Origin: a bacterium
GTDB lineage: Bacteria > JAAXHH01
Direction: 5' to 3'
NCBI GenBank assembly: GCA_965242885.1
Contig: CBDETH010000008.1
Span: 2,809,640-2,873,639, forward strand
DNA: 64,000 nt
Shown here: piece by piece, positions 18,657 through 28,012 of the stretch
How positions within the stretch are numbered: the stretch's first letter is position 1
How the letters are laid out: every line of letters starts with the position of its first letter
Program-made: the position numbers and the translations under genes
Notes under the pieces: model-generated
What the model saw: the letters and a program-made list of their open reading frames with translations, nothing else
Database searches by the model: none
Told to the model about the DNA's origin: nothing

Positions 18657-19643
18657 CTAACGCGCCATGCCGGGCCCCCGGTAGGCGCGTGTGAAGGGCA
18701 GACCGAAGGGCTCCTCGAAGGGCCGGAAGGGCACCAGGTCCGCGATCTCCTGCACCCGGTCCATAACTGCCTCAGGGAGCGGGCCCGACGCCACGTAGCG
18801 AACGTTCTGCTCGACTTCCTCGACCGATCTCGATCCCGACAGGACCGTGGAGACGACGGGATTGGACAACACCCAGCGGATCGCCAGTTCCGGCAGTTGC
18901 ATATCCAGTTCCTCCACCAGGGCGTATAGCCGTTTGAACTGCTCGCGCCGGGGCGGTGACAACCAGGGCGCCCCGCGCTCCACCTGTTCCGTGTAACACG
19001 CGGAAAGCGCTCCCTGCTGCAGTGGGGATCCCACGACAATCCCCATGTTCCGCTTCACGGCCTCGGGTAGCACCGCGTGGACCGCTTCCTGCCAGAGCAG
19101 GCTGTAATTGAATGCCGTAAGCACGACGTCGTATGCACCGGTCGCCATGATGGCGGGCAGCGTATAGGCCGTGGTGCCGCCCAGCCCAGTGTACCGGATC
19201 AGGCCTTCAGACTTCAGCGCTTCGAGCAGGTCGCATACAGGACCGTGAAACCGTTCCCAATCTGTAAACCAGTCGTACTGGCCGGGGCGGTCCGGTTCGT
19301 GGATCATGAGGATGTCGATCGCGTCTCTGTTCAGTAACTCCAGGCTGGTCTCCACAGATCGGCGCAGCTGGTCCGGGTCCCTGGGATCGAAGGGTTGAGG
19401 CCGCCCTCCGAGTTTGGTCGAAAGGATGAAGGGTTGCGTCACCCCATCCAGGGCCAGCCCCATCACTTCCTCGGAATCGCGGTACGAAGGTGCCGTGTCC
19501 ACGTAGTTTATGCCGAGTTCCAGTCCCCGCCGTACCGCCCGAACGCCCTCGGCCCGGACCGAACCATGGGATGATACGAACAGTCCGCCCATGCCGATCT
19601 CGCTGACCCGAATGCCGGTCTTCCCGAGGATCCTGTGCCGCAT
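18657..19643 (-). CDS. Aldo/keto reductase
   Basis: MRHRILGKTGIRVSEIGMGG N-terminus; AKR catalytic tetrad context (D, Y, K, H). Start chosen at the internal ATG (19643). Confidence 0.8.
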   Translation of the reverse strand: MRHRILGKTGIRVSEIGMGGLFVSSHGSVRAEGVRAVRRGLELGINYVDTAPSYRDSEEVMGLALDGVTQPFILSTKLGGRPQPFDPRDPDQLRRSVETSLELLNRDAIDILMIHEPDRPGQYDWFTDWERFHGPVCDLLEALKSEGLIRYTGLGGTTAYTLPAIMATGAYDVVLTAFNYSLLWQEAVHAVLPEAVKRNMGIVVGSPLQQGALSACYTEQVERGAPWLSPPRREQFKRLYALVEELDMQLPELAIRWVLSNPVVSTVLSGSRSVEEVEQNVRYVASGPLPEAVMDRVQEIADLVPFRPFEEPFGLPFTRAYRGPGMAR

Positions 19644-19671
19644 GACTGCCTCCGTGTGACGAAGTCCACTA

Positions 19672-19699
19672 CTTGACAGGCCTGGAATGGATTGTATAT
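19672..19699 (+). promoter_or_regulatory. Sigma70-like promoter: TTGACA-N16-TATATA upstream of the ADC-like gene
   Basis: Hexamers read directly; ~110 nt upstream of ATG 19811 in a divergent intergenic region. Confidence 0.45.
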
Positions 19700-19810
19700 A
19701 GTCCGACCATTGCAATGCCAGTACATATTCGATAGACCGGCCTGTGTGCACGCGACCCGGTACGTACCTTGACCGTACGGCAGACCGACGGTTTCAGTGA
19801 GGGAACGTTC

Positions 19811-20680
19811 ATGCCCTATAAAATCCAGCCCGGCCGGATGTACATGATGCCGACCCATTTCGGGCCTGCCGCGGGTCCCCGTCAGGGGCCCGATGGTCGC
19901 CGGTTCGACGGTCAGCACTCGCCGCGGACCACTTCGTATTCCGTGAGTTTCCTGACCCGGCCGGAACAGCTCGAAGCCCTGCTGCCGGCGGGGTTCCGGC
20001 TGGCTGGAGATCCCGTGGTGACCGTGACGGTTTCCTATATGACCGAAATCGAATGGCTGGCCGGAAGGGGTTATAATACCCTTGGCGTGAATTTCCCGGC
20101 CGAGTTCAGGGGGAAACGTGACCGGGCCCGCGGCCCCTTCCTCGCGGTGTTGTGGGAGAACCTGGCCGATCCGATCCTCACCGGGCGGGAACAACTTGGT
20201 TTCTCGAAGATATACTGCGCGATCCCGCCGCCGTCCGTGCTGAACGGCGAGACGCATTGTACGGCGGACTGGCTCGGATTCCGCTTTATGGAAATGTGCC
20301 TGTCGGAATTGGAAACACCGCCTGCGGCGCCGACCGGTGAAGCCGCGGCCGAGACCAATGGCCCCGATGTAGCCCCGGCGGATGACACCGAGCTTAACGG
20401 GACCCTGCACTACAAATACATACCACGGACCGGAGTATGGGACGAGGCCGATGCGGAATACGCCGTAATGACCCCGTCCGCCACCCCGAACCGAAGGGTG
20501 ACGGCGCAGCGTTCAGGACGGGGAAAGGTACGGTTCCACCGGGCGGAGTGGCAGGACCTGCCCACGCAATACCATATCGTGAATGCCATAGCTGACCTGG
20601 AGCAAACCGCCTTCGTGGGCGCGGCTATCGTGAAGACCGTCGGGGGAAAGGACCTGAGCGACCAGCGCATCCTGCGGTAG
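19811..20680 (+). CDS. Acetoacetate decarboxylase (ADC)-like family protein
   Basis: MPYKIQPGRMYMMP... N-terminus and overall ~290 aa size resemble ADC-fold proteins; weak motif-level call. Confidence 0.45.
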   Translation: MPYKIQPGRMYMMPTHFGPAAGPRQGPDGRRFDGQHSPRTTSYSVSFLTRPEQLEALLPAGFRLAGDPVVTVTVSYMTEIEWLAGRGYNTLGVNFPAEFRGKRDRARGPFLAVLWENLADPILTGREQLGFSKIYCAIPPPSVLNGETHCTADWLGFRFMEMCLSELETPPAAPTGEAAAETNGPDVAPADDTELNGTLHYKYIPRTGVWDEADAEYAVMTPSATPNRRVTAQRSGRGKVRFHRAEWQDLPTQYHIVNAIADLEQTAFVGAAIVKTVGGKDLSDQRILR

Positions 20681-20683
20681 GTG

Positions 20684-20771
20684 GGCGGCCCGACCACACC
20701 GATTCCTGGCGGCCCGACCACATCGATTCCTGGCGGTCCGCGCGATCCCTGGCGGTCCGTGCGATCCCTGG
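20684..20771. repeat. Intergenic tandem repeat: 24-bp x2 (ggcggcccgaccacaYcgattcct) followed by 19-bp x2 (ggcggtccgYgcgatccct)
   Basis: Direct reading; lies between the ADC-like gene stop and the aminotransferase start. Confidence 0.9.
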
Positions 20772-20778
20772 AGCATAC

Positions 20779-22071
20779 ATGGACAGTAAAAGCGAACAGA
20801 CGGAACGAATCTTCCACCGGGCGCGAAAGGATCACTGGCCGCGGATTTCACACGGCAAGGGATGCTACCTGTATGATACCGAAGGCAGGAGCTTTCTGGA
20901 CGCCTGTGCCGGCGTGCACGTGGTCAGCATAGGCCACGGCGTGGAGGAAATCGCGGAGGCCATGGCCGATCAGGCCCGGCAGATCGCCTTTGCCTACGGC
21001 CAGTTCATCAGCCAGCCGCAGATCGACCTGGCCCGGAAGATCACCGACATGGCCCCGGAAGGAATGGACCGGGTGTTTTTCGTGTCCGGTGGATCGGAGG
21101 CCACGGAAGCGGCGATGAAGATCGCGCGGAAATACCACCTGGAATCCGGTAACCCGTCCAAGTACCAGGTCATTTCATGCTGGCAGAGCTGGCACGGAAA
21201 CACGATCGGCGCCCTGTCCATGTCCGGACGGTCGGCCTGGCGGAAAGACTACACGCCGTACCTGCTGGATTTCCCTCACATTTCCCAACACAGCGCCGAT
21301 GAACTGGAACGCGTGATCCGCCAGGTCGGCGCGGAATACATTTCCGCCTTTATCGTCGAGCCCGTCCTGGGCACCTCATCCGCCGGAATGGCGCCGCCCG
21401 ACGACTACTTCAGCACGGTCAGGGAACTCTGCGATCACTACGGGATCCTCCTGATCGTCGACGAGGTCGTCACCGGGTACGGCCGGACCGGGGTCGACTT
21501 CGGGATCGACCACTGGGGTGTCGTCCCGGACCTCATGGCTACCGGGAAGGGCCTGAGCAGCGGATACACGCCCATCGCCGCGACGATCGCGCGGGACGAG
21601 ATATATGAGACCATCTATGAAACCGCGCCGGCCTTCGTGCATGGCCATACCTACGGAGGAAACCCCCTTTCCTGCGCTACCGCGCTGGCCGTGCAGGAGT
21701 ATGTCGAACGTCATGCTCTCGTCGCGCGTTGCGCCGAAATGGGCGAAGCGATGCTGGAACGGCTGCAATCGCTGACCGAATCGCCCATGGTGAGCACGGT
21801 GCGCGGAAAGGGACTGCTCTGTGGCGTCGAATTTACGGCGGACAAGGAACGGGACACGCCTTTCGATCCGGCGCTGGGCGTGACGGGACGTGTGGTCCGG
21901 GAAGCTTTCGACCGCGGCGTGCTGATCATGCCGGGCGCGCCGGGACCCGTGGACGGCGTCTACGGCGATCACGTCGCGATCAGTCCGCCCTACACTGTCA
22001 ACGAAGACGAGGTAGCCCGGATCGTCAAGGTGCTCGGTGAAGCAGTGGAAGCGGTCGAACGGACGCTCTGA
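20779..22071 (+). CDS. Class III (aspartate aminotransferase family) PLP-dependent aminotransferase
   Basis: DEVVTGYGRTG PLP-lysine region, GHTYGGNPL, and SGGSEATEAAMK motifs. Confidence 0.85.
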   Translation: MDSKSEQTERIFHRARKDHWPRISHGKGCYLYDTEGRSFLDACAGVHVVSIGHGVEEIAEAMADQARQIAFAYGQFISQPQIDLARKITDMAPEGMDRVFFVSGGSEATEAAMKIARKYHLESGNPSKYQVISCWQSWHGNTIGALSMSGRSAWRKDYTPYLLDFPHISQHSADELERVIRQVGAEYISAFIVEPVLGTSSAGMAPPDDYFSTVRELCDHYGILLIVDEVVTGYGRTGVDFGIDHWGVVPDLMATGKGLSSGYTPIAATIARDEIYETIYETAPAFVHGHTYGGNPLSCATALAVQEYVERHALVARCAEMGEAMLERLQSLTESPMVSTVRGKGLLCGVEFTADKERDTPFDPALGVTGRVVREAFDRGVLIMPGAPGPVDGVYGDHVAISPPYTVNEDEVARIVKVLGEAVEAVERTL

Positions 22072-22073
22072 AC

Positions 22074-23204
22074 CTATTGCATGTAGTTCTTCACGCCCAG
22101 GTCCAGATAGGACCGGTAGGCCCCGTCTGCAAAAAGCTGGCTGAATGAGCGCGTGTACTGCAGTACCGTGGTCATCAGGTTACGGTCCACCCGCAACGGA
22201 TGGGCGCGCTGCCTCAGGTTGACGAAGGCGCGTATCAACACGCTGCGTGCGTCCGTCGGCAGATACCGTACGTTATCCGCGAACTCGTCGAGACGGCCGT
22301 CGGGATGGAGGTAGTACTCCACGTTCGAAAGATAGAACGCGGATATGCGGTCCCCCCTTCCCCGAATGAAATCCCCAATGGCCCGGAGGGCATGGCTGCC
22401 CGCGAAGTCTCCGGTGACGGGTATGATGGCGTTTCGGGCCTGCATGTCGCGGATGAACCGGTAGTCTTCGTCCGAAGCCAGGAAATTGCCGTAAGCGCCC
22501 TCGAGGTCCCGTCCCAGCAGGAACGTTCTGTAGGCAATGAAGGATATGCCCCGGTCACCGTCCGACCGGTATTCCCACCTCAGGTCCAGGTGCTGCTCGA
22601 AGAAGGATCGGTACAATTCGGACACGCGCAGGGTCTCCGGGTCACCCGACAGGACCCTGTAAGTGCTAATCTGGGCCTGAACGCGGTCCAGATTGCGATG
22701 GAAAAGATCCTCGTCGCCGTCCGTTCGATCGAAATACGTCACCAACGCATCGATCGTGGGCTGGCCGTCAGCGAATCCGGCACGAGGCAGGGGTTTGCTG
22801 AAGAGGATGGAAAGGAACTCCGCCGGTGATGACGCCAGGGCGAAAACGGCCTTGTAAAGCAGGTGTTCGACGAGATTGTCCCGCCGGATATCGAGGATGA
22901 AGGCGTACCGCGGGCGTACCTGCGCGATGTAGGTGAAATTCTGGTCCGGCCCCACGCCGATGTAGACACCGCCTTCTACACCGAGCCGCTTCAGCGCATG
23001 CTTGACGTGGAGATAACCGGCCTCGTTGGAGACGATGTTGTCGCTGTCGAAGAATCCGCCTGGCTCCGAAAGGGTATCCACAAGGGCCGCATAGCGTTCC
23101 GGCGAAAAGGACACGACGGGCTCCGCCTGACCGGTACCGCCGCATCCTGCGACCAGAAGGAGCATGACGGCAAGACTGGCCAACCTTGTTCCTGTGCTGG
23201 ACAT
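22074..23204 (-). CDS. Lipoprotein of unknown function
   Basis: Signal peptide with lipobox LLLVAGCGG; 376 aa; no motif I recognise. Confidence 0.55.
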   Translation of the reverse strand: MSSTGTRLASLAVMLLLVAGCGGTGQAEPVVSFSPERYAALVDTLSEPGGFFDSDNIVSNEAGYLHVKHALKRLGVEGGVYIGVGPDQNFTYIAQVRPRYAFILDIRRDNLVEHLLYKAVFALASSPAEFLSILFSKPLPRAGFADGQPTIDALVTYFDRTDGDEDLFHRNLDRVQAQISTYRVLSGDPETLRVSELYRSFFEQHLDLRWEYRSDGDRGISFIAYRTFLLGRDLEGAYGNFLASDEDYRFIRDMQARNAIIPVTGDFAGSHALRAIGDFIRGRGDRISAFYLSNVEYYLHPDGRLDEFADNVRYLPTDARSVLIRAFVNLRQRAHPLRVDRNLMTTVLQYTRSFSQLFADGAYRSYLDLGVKNYMQ

Positions 23205-23323
23205 GGATTCCTGTTCCGGGTGTTTCGGTGAATCGTCGGTGCGTTGTTCAGGTCTCGCTGATCTTATCTACTATAGCACAGGTCATGGTGGATTCAAAGT
23301 TGTTTATAGACGATGTAACCCCC

Positions 23324-24865
23324 TCAGTGATCCATCCATTTTCCGCGGTCCAGGGACCGGTACTGTATGGCTTCGGCCACATGCTCGGCGCATATCGCTT
23401 GCATCCCGGCCAGATCGCTGATGGTTCGGGCGACTTTCAGGACGCGATCGTAGGCCCTGGCGGAAAGACCCAGGCGGGCAATGGCGTTCCGCAACAGGTC
23501 GTGGGCCCTGCCGTCCAGTCCACAGTACCGGCGCAGTTCGCGGGGGGTCATGTGCGCGTTTCCAAAAGCGCCGGGCTGGTTGGCGAAACGAGGCAACTGT
23601 CGTTCCCTGGCCTGGTTGATCCGGTCCCTGACGCGGCGGGAAGGTTCACCGCCGGAACGGCCGCCGAGGTTTCCATACGGTACCGGCGGCACCTCGACGT
23701 GTAAATCGATCCGGTCGAGCAGCGGACCCGAAATCCGGGACATGTACTGGTGTATCCGGGCAGGTGGGCAGGTGCATTCGCGGCCCGGGTCGCCGAGGTA
23801 ACCGCATGGACACGGATTCATGGCGGCGACCATCGTAAATCGCGCGGGATAGGACAGGGACCTGGAGACGCGGGACAGGTTGACCTTGCCGTCTTCCAGG
23901 GGCTGCCGGAGCATTTCTAGCACATGCTTCCGGAATTCGGGCAGCTCGTCCAGAAAAAGCACGCCGTTGTGGGCGAGCGACACCTCTCCGGGTTTCGGAA
24001 TGCTCCCGCCGCCGATCAGGCCCGCTTCCGTGATGGTGTGGTGAGGCGCCCGGAAGGGACGGGTGGTGACCAGGGGGGTAAAGGGCGGTACTTTTCCCGC
24101 TACACTGTGAATCTGCGTCGTTTCCAGTGCTTCCTCCAGGGTGAAATCGGGCAGAATGGACGGCACGCAGCGTGCGAGCAGCGTCTTGCCCGAACCCGGT
24201 GGACCGATGAGCAGCAGATTGTGTGATCCGGCGACGGCCACTTCGATGGCGCGCTTGGCGTGATCCTGTCCTTTGACGATGGAGAAATCGAACGGATAAT
24301 CCGCACCGGAAGAAAGCATGGGGCCGGCATCGTGCCGGGACCGTTCAAATCCCTTACGTCCCTGGAGCAAGTGGACCGCGGATTCCAGGGACGGCACGCC
24401 GTAAACATCGATACTGCCGCCCATGGCAGCTTCCTCCGCGTTCTCGCTCGGAACGATCAGCCTGCGCGCGCCGAGGCGGTGTGCGGCGAGCGCAACGGGC
24501 AGCGCGCCACGGATCGGCCTGAGCGCGCCGTTCAGCGACAGCTCGCCCAGCAGGATCGTGTCTTCGAGCGACTGGACCGGCAACTGTGCCGACGCGGCGA
24601 GAATGCCCACGGCAATGGGCAGGTCGAAGGAAGTACCCGCCTTGCGCACGTCCGCGGGGGCCAGGTTGACGGTGATACGCCGGTATGGATAGGTAAAACC
24701 GGACTGCTTGATGGCAGCCACGACGCGGTCCTTGCTCTCCCGCACGGCGCTGTCCGGCAGTCCCACGGTCGAAAAATGAGGGAGGCCGTTGGTGATGTGG
24801 GTTTCCACCACTACGGGGATTGCTTCGATCCCCTGCACGGCCCCGCTCGATACACGTGATAACAA
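23324..24865 (-). CDS. comM: YifB/ComM-family Mg-chelatase-like AAA+ ATPase
   Basis: Lon-like N-domain, Walker A GPPGSGKT, Walker B VLFLDE, C-terminal ChlI domain. Probable TTG start at 24863-24865 preceded by AGGAGG; the ORF track start at 24946 is upstream. Confidence 0.8.
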   Translation of the reverse strand: MLSRVSSGAVQGIEAIPVVVETHITNGLPHFSTVGLPDSAVRESKDRVVAAIKQSGFTYPYRRITVNLAPADVRKAGTSFDLPIAVGILAASAQLPVQSLEDTILLGELSLNGALRPIRGALPVALAAHRLGARRLIVPSENAEEAAMGGSIDVYGVPSLESAVHLLQGRKGFERSRHDAGPMLSSGADYPFDFSIVKGQDHAKRAIEVAVAGSHNLLLIGPPGSGKTLLARCVPSILPDFTLEEALETTQIHSVAGKVPPFTPLVTTRPFRAPHHTITEAGLIGGGSIPKPGEVSLAHNGVLFLDELPEFRKHVLEMLRQPLEDGKVNLSRVSRSLSYPARFTMVAAMNPCPCGYLGDPGRECTCPPARIHQYMSRISGPLLDRIDLHVEVPPVPYGNLGGRSGGEPSRRVRDRINQARERQLPRFANQPGAFGNAHMTPRELRRYCGLDGRAHDLLRNAIARLGLSARAYDRVLKVARTISDLAGMQAICAEHVAEAIQYRSLDRGKWMDH

Positions 24866-25074
24866 CCTTTCCCTCCTTCTTGTAATGGTACCGTCACGGG
24901 TCGCATGCCGACCGATCCGGGATGGATTCCGTCGGCGTAAACACACTCGTAACAGTCGGTGGGACGGGGCGGAATCTCGTTTCCTTACGCGACACCGAAG
25001 TTTACTGATTTCTGTTGCGACGAACCCCCTGTTCGCATATATTAGCAGACTGGTTTTTCGGTGAGGTTGATCTT

Positions 25075-25764
25075 TTGTCCACGATCAAAGACAATCTGGT
25101 CCAGGTATACGACCGTATATCCAGGGCCGCTGCGCGAGCCGGCCGCGAGGCCTCGTCCATTCAGCTCATCGCCGTATCGAAGACCAGGCCCCTTACGATG
25201 ATCGAAGAGGCCAGGCGGGCCGGTGTCACTGATTTCGGCGAAAACAGGGTCCAGGAAGCGCTCGAGAAGATCGGGCAGGACGACGGCGCAACCTGGCACT
25301 TGATCGGTCCGTTGCAGCGCAACAAGGCCAGGTTCGCCGTGCGGGTTTTCGACATGATTCATTCCGTCGACCGCCTTTCCCTTGGACAGGAACTCGACCG
25401 GCGGCTGCAGGCCGCGGGAAAGAACATGCCCGTATTGATCCAGGTCAATACGTCGTCGGAGGAGACGAAGTCCGGCGTGGAGCCGGACCGCGCGCTGGAA
25501 CTCGCGGAGCAGTTGTCCGTCCTGTCCGCACTGTCCGTCAGGGGACTGATGACGATCCCCGCGTTCACACCCGATCCCGAAGATGCCCGGCCCGCTTTCC
25601 GGCTGCTTCGGGAAACGAGTGACCGCATCGCTTCCGCCGGGATCGCGGGCGTAGAGATGAACGTACTCTCCATGGGCATGTCCCATGACTTCGAGGTAGC
25701 CATAGAGGAAGGCGCGGACATGGTCCGCATCGGCACGGCCGTTTTCGGAGCACGACAGGCATGA
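25075..25764 (+). CDS. yggS: YggS-family PLP homeostasis protein
   Basis: IQLIAVSKTRP (PLP Lys), GENRVQEA and HLIGPLQRNK motifs. Probable TTG start at 25075 after GGTGAGG; the ORF track start is 25015. Confidence 0.8.
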   Translation: MSTIKDNLVQVYDRISRAAARAGREASSIQLIAVSKTRPLTMIEEARRAGVTDFGENRVQEALEKIGQDDGATWHLIGPLQRNKARFAVRVFDMIHSVDRLSLGQELDRRLQAAGKNMPVLIQVNTSSEETKSGVEPDRALELAEQLSVLSALSVRGLMTIPAFTPDPEDARPAFRLLRETSDRIASAGIAGVEMNVLSMGMSHDFEVAIEEGADMVRIGTAVFGARQA

Positions 25765-25798
25765 AACGCCGTTGATCCGGCATTGAACGGGACCCTGC

Positions 25799-26623
25799 AT
25801 GGGACTGATCGAATTCATCATCAACATCTACATGCTGGCCTTCGGGCTCCGCCTGTTCATGCCCGCCGCGAGTCCCTTCAGCGAGAACCCGATCCAGCGG
25901 GGATTGTACACGGCGACCGAACCGGTGCTTCGGCCCATTCGCCAGGTGATCATGCGCGGCGAACCGCGCTTCGACTGGTCGCCCGTCTTTGCCATCATCG
26001 CCCTCGTAGTCGTGCGTGGATTCCTGGTCACGACCGTCATGGGCGTGCCCTTGTCCAGTTCACTGGCCGCCGGAATGCTGGACGTGTTCGATTTCGTGGT
26101 GCGGGTGCTCGCCATCCTGTTCCTCGGCGCTTTCTTCATATCCATCGAGTCTCCGTTCGCGTTCAGCCAGTCCGGGCACATGATGCACAATATCGCCCAC
26201 TTCTTCCTGGCCCCGATCCGCCGCTTCACCGGCTACCGGATCGGGCGGGCGGACGTATCCGCACTGCTGGGCATCGTACTGCTGGGCGTCTTGCATGGAC
26301 TCGTACTGTACCAGGCCGGGTCGCTGGTGACACAGGCCGTTGGCACTCCGGCGGACATGATCCTCGAGAGCATCGTATACGTGATCGACTTCATTTTCGA
26401 TGTGCTCTTCATCGTGATCCTCGTACGCGCGGTGCTTTCGTTCTTCAACCCGGACACGGGCAACGCGCTATTCCAGATACTCATTCTGTTCAGCGATCCC
26501 ATTCTGGCGCCGATCCGCAGGATCCTGCCGTCTACGTACGGCATCGATTTTTCGCCGCTGATCGCCATTCTGATACTGAGGTTCATCCAGGTGAGTCTCT
26601 TGCCCCTGTTGCTGCGGATCTGA
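25799..26623 (+). CDS. YggT-family membrane protein (tandem duplicated YggT domains)
   Basis: Two YggT-like units (aa ~1-95 and ~180-274); the second shows the conserved motif LAPIRRILP...IDFSPLIAILIL. Confidence 0.7.
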   Translation: MGLIEFIINIYMLAFGLRLFMPAASPFSENPIQRGLYTATEPVLRPIRQVIMRGEPRFDWSPVFAIIALVVVRGFLVTTVMGVPLSSSLAAGMLDVFDFVVRVLAILFLGAFFISIESPFAFSQSGHMMHNIAHFFLAPIRRFTGYRIGRADVSALLGIVLLGVLHGLVLYQAGSLVTQAVGTPADMILESIVYVIDFIFDVLFIVILVRAVLSFFNPDTGNALFQILILFSDPILAPIRRILPSTYGIDFSPLIAILILRFIQVSLLPLLLRI

Positions 26624-26655
26624 CGGGAGTGCGACCAAGAAACAGAGGTGAATAC

Positions 26656-27210
26656 ATGGACATCAGCCCGGAGGAAATACGGGAACGAAAGTTCAAGACG
26701 CGCTGGGTCAGCGGTTACGATATGGATGAAGTGGAAGCGTTTCTGAACAGCACCGCCGTCGCGCTCGAAAGTCTCGCGAAGGAAAACGAATCGCTGCGGA
26801 CCCGGATGACGGAGATGGACGCCGAGTTGACCGATGTGGGTCGCAGGCGGAAACTTCTCGAGGACGCGCTCGTATCCGCGCAGCGGGTCATTCACGACAT
26901 GAAGGCCAATGCCATGAAAGAGGCGGAAAACGTTCTGAAAGACGCGGAAAACAAGGCAGACCGTTGGATCTCCGACGCAAACAACCAGGTCGCCGAAATC
27001 AAGCGGGAACTGGGCGCGCTCACCACGTTGAGGAAAGACTACGAGGTCAAATTCAGGATTCTGCTCGAATCCCACCAGGAACAACTCGACGCGATGCGGA
27101 GCACGGACCGGGAAAGCGGCGAGCATCCGGTACCGGGCCCTCTCGGCAGCCCCGGCCAGGTTGAACGCCGGCCAGGCAGCCCCGGCGAGGCTGAACGCCG
27201 GCCAGGTTGA
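26656..27210 (+). CDS. divIVA: DivIVA domain protein
   Basis: N-terminus MDISPEEIRERKFKTRWVSGYDMDEVEAFL is the canonical DivIVA lipid-binding domain, followed by a coiled coil. In-frame ATG at 26656 lies inside a longer artefactual ORF. Confidence 0.85.
   Translation: MDISPEEIRERKFKTRWVSGYDMDEVEAFLNSTAVALESLAKENESLRTRMTEMDAELTDVGRRRKLLEDALVSAQRVIHDMKANAMKEAENVLKDAENKADRWISDANNQVAEIKRELGALTTLRKDYEVKFRILLESHQEQLDAMRSTDRESGEHPVPGPLGSPGQVERRPGSPGEAERRPG
27147..27206. repeat. 30-bp x2 tandem repeat forming the C-terminus of DivIVA (PGQVERRPGSPGEAERRPG)
   Basis: cagccccggccaggttgaacgccggccagg / cagccccggcgaggctgaacgccggccagg. Confidence 0.9.
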
Positions 27211-27253
27211 TTGACGGAGTACGCCCGATCTCTAAAGGCACACGCGCTAACGA

Positions 27254-28012
27254 ATGACCTACGAGCGAATCTCGCGGCTGGCTGAAAGGATGGGCGAATA
27301 CCTGCGGGGAAACAGGATCGTCGGCCTGTCGCTTCCCGATGAATCCCAGGAAGCCCTTCCCTGGAGCGCGGTGAGTACACCCGGATCCTGTGCGCCCTTT
27401 GAAACCGTGTACCGGGCGGGGCCTGTACTGCTCCCCTGCCTTGGGAGCGCAATGGACGCGGAACGGCGCATCGATGCGGTGCGGGTCCTGCGGTTGCTTC
27501 GGGCCGAAAGCCTTTTGTGCGCATTCGGGTGTTCCGCGCTGAAACACGGGTGTGAAACGGGTGCTTACGTGATCGTGGAAGATCATTTAAACTGGACCGG
27601 GCAGAATCCGCTGCGGGGACCGAACGACGAACGGCTGGGTTCGAGGTATCCCGATATGAGCGCGCCCTATGACGCGCACTGGTCGACAGCGCTCAAGCGT
27701 GGCGCGGCTTCCCTGGGACTAGAGCTGCAGGGCGTCGTGTATGGACGCGTCGAACAGCCCGGAACCGCTGATGAACTCGCCGCATGGATCAAGGCGGGAA
27801 TCGACGTGGTCGGCGAGGGTCTGGTGGATGAAGTGATCGCGGCCGTTCACGGTGGCCTGCCGGTCGCCGCGGTGGGGGTCGTTGAAAAGGGTTTGACGGT
27901 CGACGGAAAAGTCTTATGTTCGTCGATACCCGCGCGAAGTGAGGATTACGGAAGGTTGGCTGCTATCATCAATCAATGTCTACTTTGTCGTGGAGGTCTG
28001 GATGACGGGTGA
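27254..28012 (+). CDS. Purine nucleoside phosphorylase family (PunA/PNP-I type), divergent N-terminal half
   Basis: [25 protein letters not shown] is a near-exact match to the PNP active-site block (human PNP: [25 protein letters not shown]). The Gly-rich phosphate loop is not conserved. Confidence 0.7.
   Translation: [252 protein letters not shown]

Noticed and set aside
25783-27210. 475-aa ORF spanning yggT and divIVA in another frame
   Set aside because: Only the C-terminal 184 aa (from ATG 26656) match DivIVA. The upstream part is the out-of-frame shadow of yggT.
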